Positions 28,543 through 37,277 of a DNA stretch of 49,523 bases are shown here, in pieces. The notes beneath the pieces were generated by a model. The model was not told the DNA's origin. It did no database searches and saw only the letters and a program-made list of their open reading frames with translations. The number at the start of each line of letters is the position of its first letter. Position 1 is the first letter of the stretch. A program made the position numbers and the translations under genes. The DNA comes from an uncultured Maribellus sp. (lineage in GTDB: Bacteria; Bacteroidota; Bacteroidia; Bacteroidales; Prolixibacteraceae). The stretch lies in NCBI GenBank assembly GCA_964455785.1, contig CAYWBV010000002.1:1-49523 (forward strand). The letters are read 5' to 3'.

Positions 28543-30090
28543 TTAATTTCCGTCACCATATGACTGATTCTGGTTTTGTTCAACCACCGGAACCTGCCAG
28601 TAATATTCTGAATAAGGTGGCAAAACAGGAGAGAAATTTGCCGGATTTCTGTCACCAATTCCGATAGGTAACTGCAAACCGATAAGGTAGTAAGTTCTGT
28701 CTCCGTTTTCGGTTGCCATTTCTTTGATACGCTCATTATGAATCATTTCAGCAGTCAGTTCATTTGCTCCGATATTATCGAGGCCGGCTCTGTTACGTAC
28801 TGCATTCAAGTCTGCTGCTGCTCCATCTTTATCATTATTGTTAAAACGGATAATTGAACGGGTAAGATAAACTTCGGCCAGACGAATAAGCGGTCTGTTT
28901 GACCTGCGCTGATCGGGCGCCCTGAACCATTTATGATTCCAAACCAAAGGCGGTACCAGATTTGATCTTGGATCGACGTCGTACCGGAAATATATTTGCT
29001 GATACCGTTTATCGTTACGGGCTTCATCTGTTTCAGATAAATCGGAATCCATCCATCCCACCTGTTTCATAGCCCAGTGCGACATTGCCTGACTTGCCCA
29101 GGCGGCCATATTTTTACTCGAAAAATGACTTCTACCGTAAATTGTTTCCATACGTCCGTATGCACCTGAAACATTGTCGCAGGCGGTTTGCCATATCACC
29201 TCGCTACCCCAGCCATCAGCGCCATTTTTATTGAATGCCTGAATGGGATCTTCTGTCAGGTCATACAAAGAGCTGCCTAAAATGTAGTCACACTCAGCCT
29301 GTGCTTTACTATGCTCACCCTTAATAAAATAGAGGCGCATTAGCATGGCAGAAGCGGCAACTTTATTCGCTCTTGCCCTTAAATTCAGCTCATTAACTAC
29401 GGTTGAGTGATCTTCAAACAATAAAGCTTTGGCATTTGTCCAGTCTTCCTCAATGGCTGCGTAAACCTCGGCAACACTACCCAGGGTTGGATTTTTCAAT
29501 TCTTCTGAGGAAGTGGAGTACTCACGTCTTAAGGTAAAAAACCTGCCTTCGTTACTTCCGTTTGGATTATAGGGTGGAGCATACATTCTGGCCAGATGCC
29601 AGTAGGCAAGTCCTCTCATAAACAGAAGTTCACCTTTGAACTGATTCACCTTGTCCCGGTCGGCCTGTGTCATACTTGGGAAAGGATCTTCACCGGCTTC
29701 CTCCGCATCGTCCAGCATTTTTAACGGGCCATTACAGGCAGTTATCATTTGATATAACCGTACAAAAGCCCCTTCCATTTCATACGCAGGTGTTGCATTA
29801 CTGAATTCCCTGTTGTAATACTCGGCTGAAGCGCTGGCTCCCACAAACTGAGGAAGAAAAACAGCTATATCAGATTCTGTAAAATTTTTTAGAGCAATAG
29901 TCCCAAATGGATTATCCCAGGGTTCGCGATTAAGTAAAAAGTAAGGTTCTCTTACTCCAATTTCAAGTTCGTTTACGTTTGTCCACGGGAACTCATTGGG
30001 TCTGTCCAGTTCAAAAAAAGCGTCCTGGTCGCAGGATATTCCTAAGATGGTTATGAATATCAATAATAAATATTTTTTGATTGTATTCAT
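28543..30090 (-). CDS. susD: SusD/RagB-family surface lipoprotein
   Basis: Lipobox GISC; GELLFMRGLAYWHLARMY; LIRLAEVYL; LNAVRNRAGL; ERIKE. Start 30090 or 30108. Confidence 0.93.
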   Translation of the reverse strand: MNTIKKYLLLIFITILGISCDQDAFFELDRPNEFPWTNVNELEIGVREPYFLLNREPWDNPFGTIALKNFTESDIAVFLPQFVGASASAEYYNREFSNATPAYEMEGAFVRLYQMITACNGPLKMLDDAEEAGEDPFPSMTQADRDKVNQFKGELLFMRGLAYWHLARMYAPPYNPNGSNEGRFFTLRREYSTSSEELKNPTLGSVAEVYAAIEEDWTNAKALLFEDHSTVVNELNLRARANKVAASAMLMRLYFIKGEHSKAQAECDYILGSSLYDLTEDPIQAFNKNGADGWGSEVIWQTACDNVSGAYGRMETIYGRSHFSSKNMAAWASQAMSHWAMKQVGWMDSDLSETDEARNDKRYQQIYFRYDVDPRSNLVPPLVWNHKWFRAPDQRRSNRPLIRLAEVYLTRSIIRFNNNDKDGAAADLNAVRNRAGLDNIGANELTAEMIHNERIKEMATENGDRTYYLIGLQLPIGIGDRNPANFSPVLPPYSEYYWQVPVVEQNQNQSYGDGN

Positions 30091-30110
30091 TGCAATATAT
30101 TTAATCATAG

Positions 30111-33100
30111 TTAAAAATTGATATTTAATCCAAGGCTGTATGTACGGGCCTGTGGCATTGAATTGTAACTTACAAAACTTGCTGCCGAAGACTGGTCGAT
30201 TGGCACTTCAGGATTGTATCCGGAAAAACTGGTCAGCGTTAAAAGATTGGTTACATTCAGGGAAACACGTAAAGATTGCATTTTAATTCTTGAAGCAATC
30301 AACGTGGGCAAGGTGTATCCAAAATTCAGGTTGTTTAACTTCAAATAGTCACCTTTTTCAAGGAACATCGAAGAAATGTATTTTTCTTCTGTTCCATATG
30401 TTACCGGTTCAGTTGAAGGATTTCCATCATCATCATAAAAATGCTGCACATTCATAACTACCTGGGGCCATTTTGCATTGTCGCCCGGATTTTGCCATGC
30501 TTCAGTCAGCAATTTATTGGAAAGCGCCCGCACTCCTCTGTTTGGGGTGAGTGAACTTTGCAGTAACCGGTTGTAAATGTAATGGCCAAATGCAAATGAA
30601 AAATTCAAACTTAAATCAAAATTTTTGTAGGCAAACTGGTTATTGAAACCGCCAGTTACCTTTGGCAGGGAAGTTTTTCCCTTCAATATCATTCTGTTTG
30701 CTTCCAGATTTGCAGTTGTTCCGGGAATAATATTCCCCGTATGCGAAGTGGTTCCGTCCTCGTTTACCTTCACCTCATAAATCATCGGAATTCCCTTTTC
30801 CGGGTCTACACCTGCTGATTCAGCCATATACCAGTTGCCCAACGGGAGTCCTTTCTTAAAAATTGTAATGATTCTGTCTTCAAAAGGTTCTGCCTGTGTA
30901 ATACCAACATTATTGGCATCGGACTCAGGATCCAACGCAAGAATTTTATTTTTGTTTGTTGAGAAATTCAAGCCCAGATTCCATTTAAACGCTTTGTTTA
31001 ACACTACGGCATCTGCATTAAATTCAATTCCCTGGTTTTCCATATCACCGATGTTTTGCCATACAATGTTACCGCCTGAAATACCCGCTGAATAAGGCAG
31101 CGCCACAGCCAAAAGCATATCTTCAACATTTTGTTTATAATACGCAACCGAGCCGCTGATTCTGTTGTTTAGCAGACCAAAATCAAACCCGATATCGAGG
31201 GTACTCGTGGTTTCCCATTTAATATCAGAGTTTCCGATACTTATCAATTCTGTACTTGGAATTCCCAACGTACTGCTTGTACGTACAGAATATTTATCTG
31301 AGGTGATTCCGCTTGGAATATTCGTATTACCCGTTTGCCCGAAACTTCCCCGAAGTTTTAACAGGTTAACAAAATCTGAATTGAAAAAATCTTCATCTGA
31401 AATTATCCAGCCTGCAGAACCTGAAACAAATGTCGCCCACCGGTTTTCGGGTGTAAATTTGGAAATACCGTCACGCCGGATGCTGGTGCCGATGATGTAT
31501 TTATCCTTGAATTTATAATTGGCCCTTCCAAAATAACCTCTCAGATAACTTTCGCCGCCTAAATAGCTTCGTCCCTTGATTGACTCAGGCCTTCCCACTT
31601 CACGGAAACTACCAATTAAAGACTGGCTTTCGAGATAGGTGTAGTGACCATAATAACGGGTATTTTCTATACCAGCAACAATATTTAACCAATGGTCATC
31701 CCCAAAATTTTTGTCGTAGTTTAAAAATGAGTTGTAGTTTAATACAGTCGACTGGTTTTTTTCTTCACGGGCTAATGCACCATCAATACGAATACCTTTA
31801 CCACGATAGGAAAGTCCTTTGTCATAAACCAGGTTAGCGCCAAACTCACCTTTAAGGGTAAGACCTTCAACTAACTTCAAAGTTCCGTTTAATCCCTGTA
31901 GTACATTTAACGTTTGAAGATTACTTTCATTATTTAACGGAGAAATACCAGCCAGGGCATTCGCTCCTGACAACGGATTCCAGAATCCATTGATTCCAGT
32001 GTCGGTGTTATCATATACTTTCATCCAGGGCAAAGAATACGCATTCACCTGTGCCCAGCCACCTGCTCCAGCTCTTCCGTGGTCAGATTTAGCTCTGTTA
32101 TTATTGGAATATGAAACATTTCCGCGGTAACTGATATTAAGAACTTCCAGCAGTTCGTAGTTTAAGTTGGCGTTGGCCGAAAATACTTCCAGGTCACTGT
32201 AATTAAGAATACTGTTGTCTTTTCTGTATCGTAATGACATATACGAATTTCCTTTATCAGTTCCCTGTGTTGCCGAAACATTGGCATCCACGAATGTACC
32301 TGTACGACTGATTATATCGCCCCAATCGGTATTGGTAACCATTGCTTCTTCCCTGGTAATGGAAGACATCACTCCATCCAATTGATTCAGTGATGTTTGT
32401 GGGTCATAATTACCGCTGAGTTTACTGTTGACATAAGCTCTGTCCATAATTTCAATATACTCGGCACCGGTTGCCAGTCCAATGTCTCTGTTTGCCCAAT
32501 TGCTAACCCCTGATTTTAAATCGACATTAATAGACATAACCCCTTTTTTACCCGATTTGGTGGTAACAAGTATAACGCCGTTTGATCCTCTGGATCCATA
32601 AATTGAGGTTGCCGCTGCATCTTTTAATACCTGAATCGATTCAATATCAGATGGATTTATCATTGACAAAACATTCTGGGAAGATTCACCATCAAATGAT
32701 GCTCCCATGTTTCCGCTTACGATTGGTATGCCATCCACAATCCAGAGCGGATCTGTTCCAGATGAAATGGAACTCACACCGCGAACTTTAATCTGTACCG
32801 GAGATCCGGGAATTCCCGATTCACTTGAAACCATCAATCCGGGTGCCATACCCTGCATTGCTGCATCAAAAGAACCAGTACTTGATGCTTTAATCAAATC
32901 CTCACTGGTTATGGTTGAGATGGACCCGATGATGTCACGTTTCTTTTGTGTTCCGTAACCAATTGCAACTACTTCTTCAATACCAATTGTCTCTTCCTCC
33001 AGCGTAATATCAATACTTCTTTGATTCTCAATGACTACCTCCCGGGCCTTCATCCCTACAAACGAAAATTGGAGGATCGAACCGGCCGAGACACCTGCTA

Positions 33101-33623
33101 ACGAATAATTCCCGTCAGCATTGGTCACTGTACCCTGATTGGAACCTTTTATCATCACCGTAACTCCCGGCAGCGGTTGGTTTTGGGTGTCGGTTACCTT
33201 TCCGCTAACCGTTTTTTGTTGCTGATCTGTGAAATTTTTTGTTGGATTTTCCTTCGGGACAATAATAATGTGCCGGCCAATGGTTTGGTAAGTGATTTGC
33301 CCTTTTTCGAACAGTTGGTCCAGAATTGTTCCGATGGGTTCGTCTTTAACCCGGATGTTGACCTTGCGGGTTACGTCCACCTTGTTGTTGTCGTACATAA
33401 ACGCAAACTCAGAGTGATCCTCGATGTAAAGTAAAACCTCTTTTATACTTGTGTTTTTCAGTTCGAGGGTCAGTTTGGCGGTTTGCGCGTAACTGTTTTC
33501 GGCCAAGCTACTTAATAACCCCAGTCCGCAAATTAGTATCAACGTTAGTTTCATCGTTCGTAAAATTTTTAACAGCAGGGGACTGAAATTGATTCCCCAA
33601 CTCTTTTCCTGTTTTTTTTTCAT
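30111..33623 (-). CDS. susC: SusC-family TonB-dependent transducer with N-terminal STN signalling domain
   Basis: LKNTSIKEVLLYIEDHSEFAFMY (STN); IEEVVAIGYG; DIESIQVLKDAAATSIYGSRGSNGVILVTTK; GLNINF. Confidence 0.97.
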   Translation of the reverse strand: MKKKQEKSWGINFSPLLLKILRTMKLTLILICGLGLLSSLAENSYAQTAKLTLELKNTSIKEVLLYIEDHSEFAFMYDNNKVDVTRKVNIRVKDEPIGTILDQLFEKGQITYQTIGRHIIIVPKENPTKNFTDQQQKTVSGKVTDTQNQPLPGVTVMIKGSNQGTVTNADGNYSLAGVSAGSILQFSFVGMKAREVVIENQRSIDITLEEETIGIEEVVAIGYGTQKKRDIIGSISTITSEDLIKASSTGSFDAAMQGMAPGLMVSSESGIPGSPVQIKVRGVSSISSGTDPLWIVDGIPIVSGNMGASFDGESSQNVLSMINPSDIESIQVLKDAAATSIYGSRGSNGVILVTTKSGKKGVMSINVDLKSGVSNWANRDIGLATGAEYIEIMDRAYVNSKLSGNYDPQTSLNQLDGVMSSITREEAMVTNTDWGDIISRTGTFVDANVSATQGTDKGNSYMSLRYRKDNSILNYSDLEVFSANANLNYELLEVLNISYRGNVSYSNNNRAKSDHGRAGAGGWAQVNAYSLPWMKVYDNTDTGINGFWNPLSGANALAGISPLNNESNLQTLNVLQGLNGTLKLVEGLTLKGEFGANLVYDKGLSYRGKGIRIDGALAREEKNQSTVLNYNSFLNYDKNFGDDHWLNIVAGIENTRYYGHYTYLESQSLIGSFREVGRPESIKGRSYLGGESYLRGYFGRANYKFKDKYIIGTSIRRDGISKFTPENRWATFVSGSAGWIISDEDFFNSDFVNLLKLRGSFGQTGNTNIPSGITSDKYSVRTSSTLGIPSTELISIGNSDIKWETTSTLDIGFDFGLLNNRISGSVAYYKQNVEDMLLAVALPYSAGISGGNIVWQNIGDMENQGIEFNADAVVLNKAFKWNLGLNFSTNKNKILALDPESDANNVGITQAEPFEDRIITIFKKGLPLGNWYMAESAGVDPEKGIPMIYEVKVNEDGTTSHTGNIIPGTTANLEANRMILKGKTSLPKVTGGFNNQFAYKNFDLSLNFSFAFGHYIYNRLLQSSLTPNRGVRALSNKLLTEAWQNPGDNAKWPQVVMNVQHFYDDDGNPSTEPVTYGTEEKYISSMFLEKGDYLKLNNLNFGYTLPTLIASRIKMQSLRVSLNVTNLLTLTSFSGYNPEVPIDQSSAASFVSYNSMPQARTYSLGLNINF

Positions 33624-33799
33624 AATTTTGTTGTGGTTTTTTGCAGTATCGCTGAAAAGGTACAGGCTGCAATTTGTTTCTTTACCAGGATACTGCGATT
33701 AAACAATTTTTTTTTATAATGTACGGGCTTGCTTTAGGGCAGGCCTGTATTGTTTTTGGTTTTGTCGTCCAACCGGTTTATTTCATAGGCATTTCAGTT

Positions 33800-34795
33800 T
33801 TAGTTCGTTGCATATCGTATTTTTACCTCTTTCCCGTTAATCTCATACTCGATTGGAGTCATTACTTTCATGATCTCCAACATTTCGCGGAACGATTCGG
33901 TTTTTATTTTAAAAGTATAGTTGTGTTTTCCCATCATGGTTTTGTCGATGGTGATTTGAACACCGTACCACCGTTCCAGGTATTTGACGGCTTCTTCCAG
34001 CGGGGTGTTATCGAAAATCAATTCATTGTTTTTCCAGGCGTTGATAACATCCGGCGAATTCTGGGTAAACACGATTTTATTGGTTCTTTTATCCAGGATG
34101 GCCTGATCTCCACGGGTTAACTGCCTGATCTCGCCTGTTTTGCCGGAAATCCCCACCCGGCCTTCGCTCACGGTTATTTCCTGAAAGTTGTCGTCATTGT
34201 GGTTTTTGATATTAAATGCAGTTCCGTAAACATCGACATTAAGAATTCCGGTTTTCACCCTGAACTTTTTCGATTTGTTTTTAAACACTTCAAAGTACGC
34301 TTCTCCTTCCAAAACTACCTCGCGCTCCTTCATGTTAAAATTTCCTTTGTATTTCAGGGATGAACCGGAATTCAACCAAACTACTGAACTATCGGGTAAA
34401 AGAACTTTACTTTTCTGGCCCAACGGGGAAATTATTTCTGTTTGCTGCTGAAGGATTTGTTTACTTTTTACACTGGTAACCATCCAGAGGGTGGAGAAAC
34501 CAATAAGCAGAATGGCAACAGCCGCAGCCGTATATTTTATTTTTTCAAACCATAGTTTTGCCGGATGGACGTTGGTGGTCAATTTCCGGTTGATTTTCTG
34601 CCATGCTTTTTCAAGATCAGGGGTCATGGGAGGTGGCAGTGAACCGGATACAGCAAAAACATGATATGCTTCGGCCATCAGTTTTTCATTTTCCTTATCT
34701 TCTTTCAGCCACAGGTCAAGCTCTGTTATTTCTTCCGGCGTCGCCTGTTTCCGGAGATATTTTACAATAATATTCCAGGGTGTATTTTCCTTCAT
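33800..34795 (-). CDS. fecR: FecR-family anti-sigma factor
   Basis: Single TM; GQKSKVLLPDSSVVWLNSGSSLKY; REVVLEGEAYFEV; YGTAFNI; AWKNNELIFDNTPLEE..LERWYGV. Confidence 0.95.
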   Translation of the reverse strand: MKENTPWNIIVKYLRKQATPEEITELDLWLKEDKENEKLMAEAYHVFAVSGSLPPPMTPDLEKAWQKINRKLTTNVHPAKLWFEKIKYTAAAVAILLIGFSTLWMVTSVKSKQILQQQTEIISPLGQKSKVLLPDSSVVWLNSGSSLKYKGNFNMKEREVVLEGEAYFEVFKNKSKKFRVKTGILNVDVYGTAFNIKNHNDDNFQEITVSEGRVGISGKTGEIRQLTRGDQAILDKRTNKIVFTQNSPDVINAWKNNELIFDNTPLEEAVKYLERWYGVQITIDKTMMGKHNYTFKIKTESFREMLEIMKVMTPIEYEINGKEVKIRYATN

Positions 34796-34814
34796 TCGTT
34801 TTGAATTACAAGTT

Positions 34815-34843
34815 TAAGGCACTTTACATTGCGGTTACCCCTA
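34815..34843 (-). promoter_or_regulatory. Candidate ECF-sigma promoter for fecR-susC (TAGGGGTA-N13-GTGCCTTA)
   Basis: G-rich -35-like box and downstream -10-like box ending 20 nt before the fecR start; resembles promoters recalled from Bacteroidota sigma/anti-sigma PULs (not verified). Confidence 0.4.
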
Positions 34844-34920
34844 TGGGAAAATGTTTTTTTTGAAGATTTTTTTGAAGAAGTTGTCAAAAGTTTAAAGTAG
34901 TCATTGTTCAATCCCCTATA

Positions 34921-34985
34921 GTCCCCTCCCGATTACTCGGGACAAGCTCTTCGCCAAAACCTGTCCCGGCTTGCCGGGAGGGGAC
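34921..34985. repeat. REP doublet (REPIN-like): two inverted 27-nt units, each an internal palindrome
   Basis: gtcccctcccgattactcgggacaagc (34921-34947) versus reverse complement of 34959-34985, gtcccctcccggcaagccgggacaggt. Confidence 0.75.
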
Positions 34986-35177
34986 GAGTCCTGATGCGGC
35001 ACAGGAAGCAGAACGGAGGATTAAATTAATGTTCAACTTTTGACAACTTAAAAATTTTCTGTTGCCCGGCAGAAAAGATAAATATCCGAATTTGAATGTT
35101 CGGTAATGAGCAGGGAGACATAAGAAACAAGCGCGTTGGCAACATCGACCAATGACCAATTCCCATTGACCATACCA

Positions 35178-35777
35178 TCAGTGGAAACAGAACATGGTAA
35201 TCAAAAAGAAAACAAATATGTCGTTGTAATACGGACGGAGTAGCTCGCGTAACAGTTTCAGCGCTTTCCCCATCTGGTTTTCAACGGTTTTTACCGAGAT
35301 ATTTAGTTTGCCGGCAATTTCTTTGTAGGAAAGATCGTCTTCTTTCGCGAGGTTAAATATTTCACGGCATTTCGGTGGCAGACTGTTTACCGATTTACTG
35401 ATAATTTCGCGCAGTTGATTCGCGTCCATATTACTTTCGGGCAGTTCATCAAAATCATTTTCAGTAACTTTTGCCAGTTTGTCCTGGATATTGATTTTGA
35501 CCCTTTCGTTCCGGAGGTAATTGAGACTTTTGTTTTTGGAAGCTTTAAACAAATATGATTTTACAGAAGAACCGATTTGTATCTTTCCCTTGTTCTCCCA
35601 GAACCAAACAAAAATGTCCTGAACAATTTCTTCCGAGATAACCGAATCGTGAAGGTAGAAATTCATCAGGTTACACAGGTCGGCATAGTATTTTTCAAAA
35701 AAGAAACGAAAGGCTTCTTTATCGCCGTCAACCATCCGGCTGAAAATAAATCGTTCTTCGTAGTTTCTTTCGTTCAT
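35178..35777 (-). CDS. ECF RNA polymerase sigma-70 factor (Bacteroidota PUL type)
   Basis: GDKEAFRFFFEKYY; SEEIVQDIFVWFW; SYLFKASKNKSLNYLR; LSYKEIAGKLNISVKTVENQMGKALK. Confidence 0.97.
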   Translation of the reverse strand: MNERNYEERFIFSRMVDGDKEAFRFFFEKYYADLCNLMNFYLHDSVISEEIVQDIFVWFWENKGKIQIGSSVKSYLFKASKNKSLNYLRNERVKINIQDKLAKVTENDFDELPESNMDANQLREIISKSVNSLPPKCREIFNLAKEDDLSYKEIAGKLNISVKTVENQMGKALKLLRELLRPYYNDIFVFFLITMFCFH

Positions 35778-35878
35778 CGTTTAGATTTTTATTCCTTTTA
35801 CTCTCCGTATTGTTAAAAGTACAGGAAGGAGTAGGCCGGAACCTTAAAATCCTGTTTTGTTTTTGAAATAAAGTTTGC

Positions 35879-35886
35879 CAAAGTTA
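35879..35886 (-). promoter_or_regulatory. Bacteroidota housekeeping -7 promoter element (TAACTTTG) upstream of the ECF sigma gene
   Basis: Matches TAnnTTTG consensus about 100 nt upstream of start; no clear -33 TTTG. Confidence 0.45.
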
Positions 35887-35977
35887 GAAAAAATGACAGG
35901 GTTTCAGTGAAAAGAGGAACAGATAAAATTAGCATTAGCTTAAAACTGAAAATGACTTTTTATATATTCTCTTTCTC

Positions 35978-36018
35978 AAAAAAAAAAGAAGATGCCCAAC
36001 CTTTTTGGACACCCTCTT
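35978..36018 (-). terminator. Rho-independent terminator ending the third locus
   Basis: - strand aagagggtgtccaa-aaagg-ttgggcatcttc followed by a 10-nt T run. Confidence 0.7.
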
Positions 36019-36150
36019 GTTCTAACTACTAAACTATAAAAACGGAATAAAGACTCAATTTACTTATCCAGATATTTTTCAGATTCTCACTTTATTTAAG
36101 TGTACAGCACTCCAAACAGCCCATGAATGACTTTATGGTTCAACTCATTA

Positions 36151-37266
36151 TTATACCCTTATGAAAATATTCTTTTTGTACATATAATAAAGCAACATCC
36201 AAACCATTACAATTCGTCCTGAACCCATGACAATCAATCCAAAATCGCCTAACACAGCGGTCCATCCTAAAAACTCTTTGGTTATAGCCCCCACATTTGC
36301 AACCTCGTCCAACATATAAATGAAAATGGAATTCATCCCGATAACCCGAAAGAAGAACGACCATTTTTTCCATCCTTTAACATCAATGGCCCAATAGAAA
36401 ACAGCCATCAAAACAAAACTGATTCCACCTGCCAGCAGATTAAAAGTAGAAGTCCAGCATTGTTTTATAATCGGGTAAACCGGGCTCAGAATCAAAGAAG
36501 CAACAATCGAAGAAGTTCCAATAATCAGAAGCATTTTTAATTTTTGGTTGTCGGTTGTCTTTTTATCCCGCAAAATAGTTCCGGCTACTGTTCCCATCAG
36601 TGTAATTCCAATTGCTGAAATGGCACAAAGAATTCCCTCAGGCTCGTATATCTCTCCAAAGAAATGACCCGGTAAAAGCATCTGGTCAATATAGGTGTTT
36701 ATGCTGCCTTCGGGAGTCAGTACCCCGGCGCCAAAACCCGGAACCGGCACCAGTAACTGTATAACTCCAAATCCAAGTAAAATGCCGCACAACCAAACTA
36801 CCCAGCTTCGGAATGATTTGCTGTAAATAACAATTAATGATGCAAACAAATATGCCACCCCAATTTGTCCGAGCACACTGGCAAACCGGGGATTGGTAAA
36901 TGCTCTGCTAAAAACTCCGTTATAAACAAATCCGAGCAAAACCAAAGTTATGCCTCGTATTATCACCTTTTTTGCTAATGCCGCCTTCGGCACATTCTTT
37001 TCCATTTTCGAGACTAGGGCAAAAGGAATAGCCACTCCGCTGATAAACATGAACAGCGGAAAAATAAGGTCCTGGAAATTAAACCCGGCCCAGGCAACAT
37101 GTTCCATTTGATCCGCCATGGACTGAAGCCATCCTGCTCCTGTGTATTTTGCAAGCGCCGCAACCAGTGAACCTCCTCCGACGATCCAGAACATATCAAA
37201 TCCGCGCAAAGCATCAAGTGAAAACAGGCGTTCCCGGGGAACAGCCTGTATTGTTTCAGTTTTCAT
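36151..37266 (-). CDS. HGSNAT-like / DUF5009 multi-pass membrane protein (putative acyltransferase)
   Basis: RLFSLDALRGF; H..WAGFNFQDLIFPLFMFISG; SVLGQIG; EPEGIL; PIIKQCWTSTF; IGMNSIFIY. Confidence 0.88.
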   Translation of the reverse strand: MKTETIQAVPRERLFSLDALRGFDMFWIVGGGSLVAALAKYTGAGWLQSMADQMEHVAWAGFNFQDLIFPLFMFISGVAIPFALVSKMEKNVPKAALAKKVIIRGITLVLLGFVYNGVFSRAFTNPRFASVLGQIGVAYLFASLIVIYSKSFRSWVVWLCGILLGFGVIQLLVPVPGFGAGVLTPEGSINTYIDQMLLPGHFFGEIYEPEGILCAISAIGITLMGTVAGTILRDKKTTDNQKLKMLLIIGTSSIVASLILSPVYPIIKQCWTSTFNLLAGGISFVLMAVFYWAIDVKGWKKWSFFFRVIGMNSIFIYMLDEVANVGAITKEFLGWTAVLGDFGLIVMGSGRIVMVWMLLYYMYKKNIFIRV

Positions 37267-37277
37267 TATTTGAAAAT

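Noticed and set aside
35146-35173. 7-nt micro-repeat cgaccaa-tgaccaa-ttcccat-tgaccat after the sigma gene
   Set aside because: Only four degenerate units; too short to support a functional claim.
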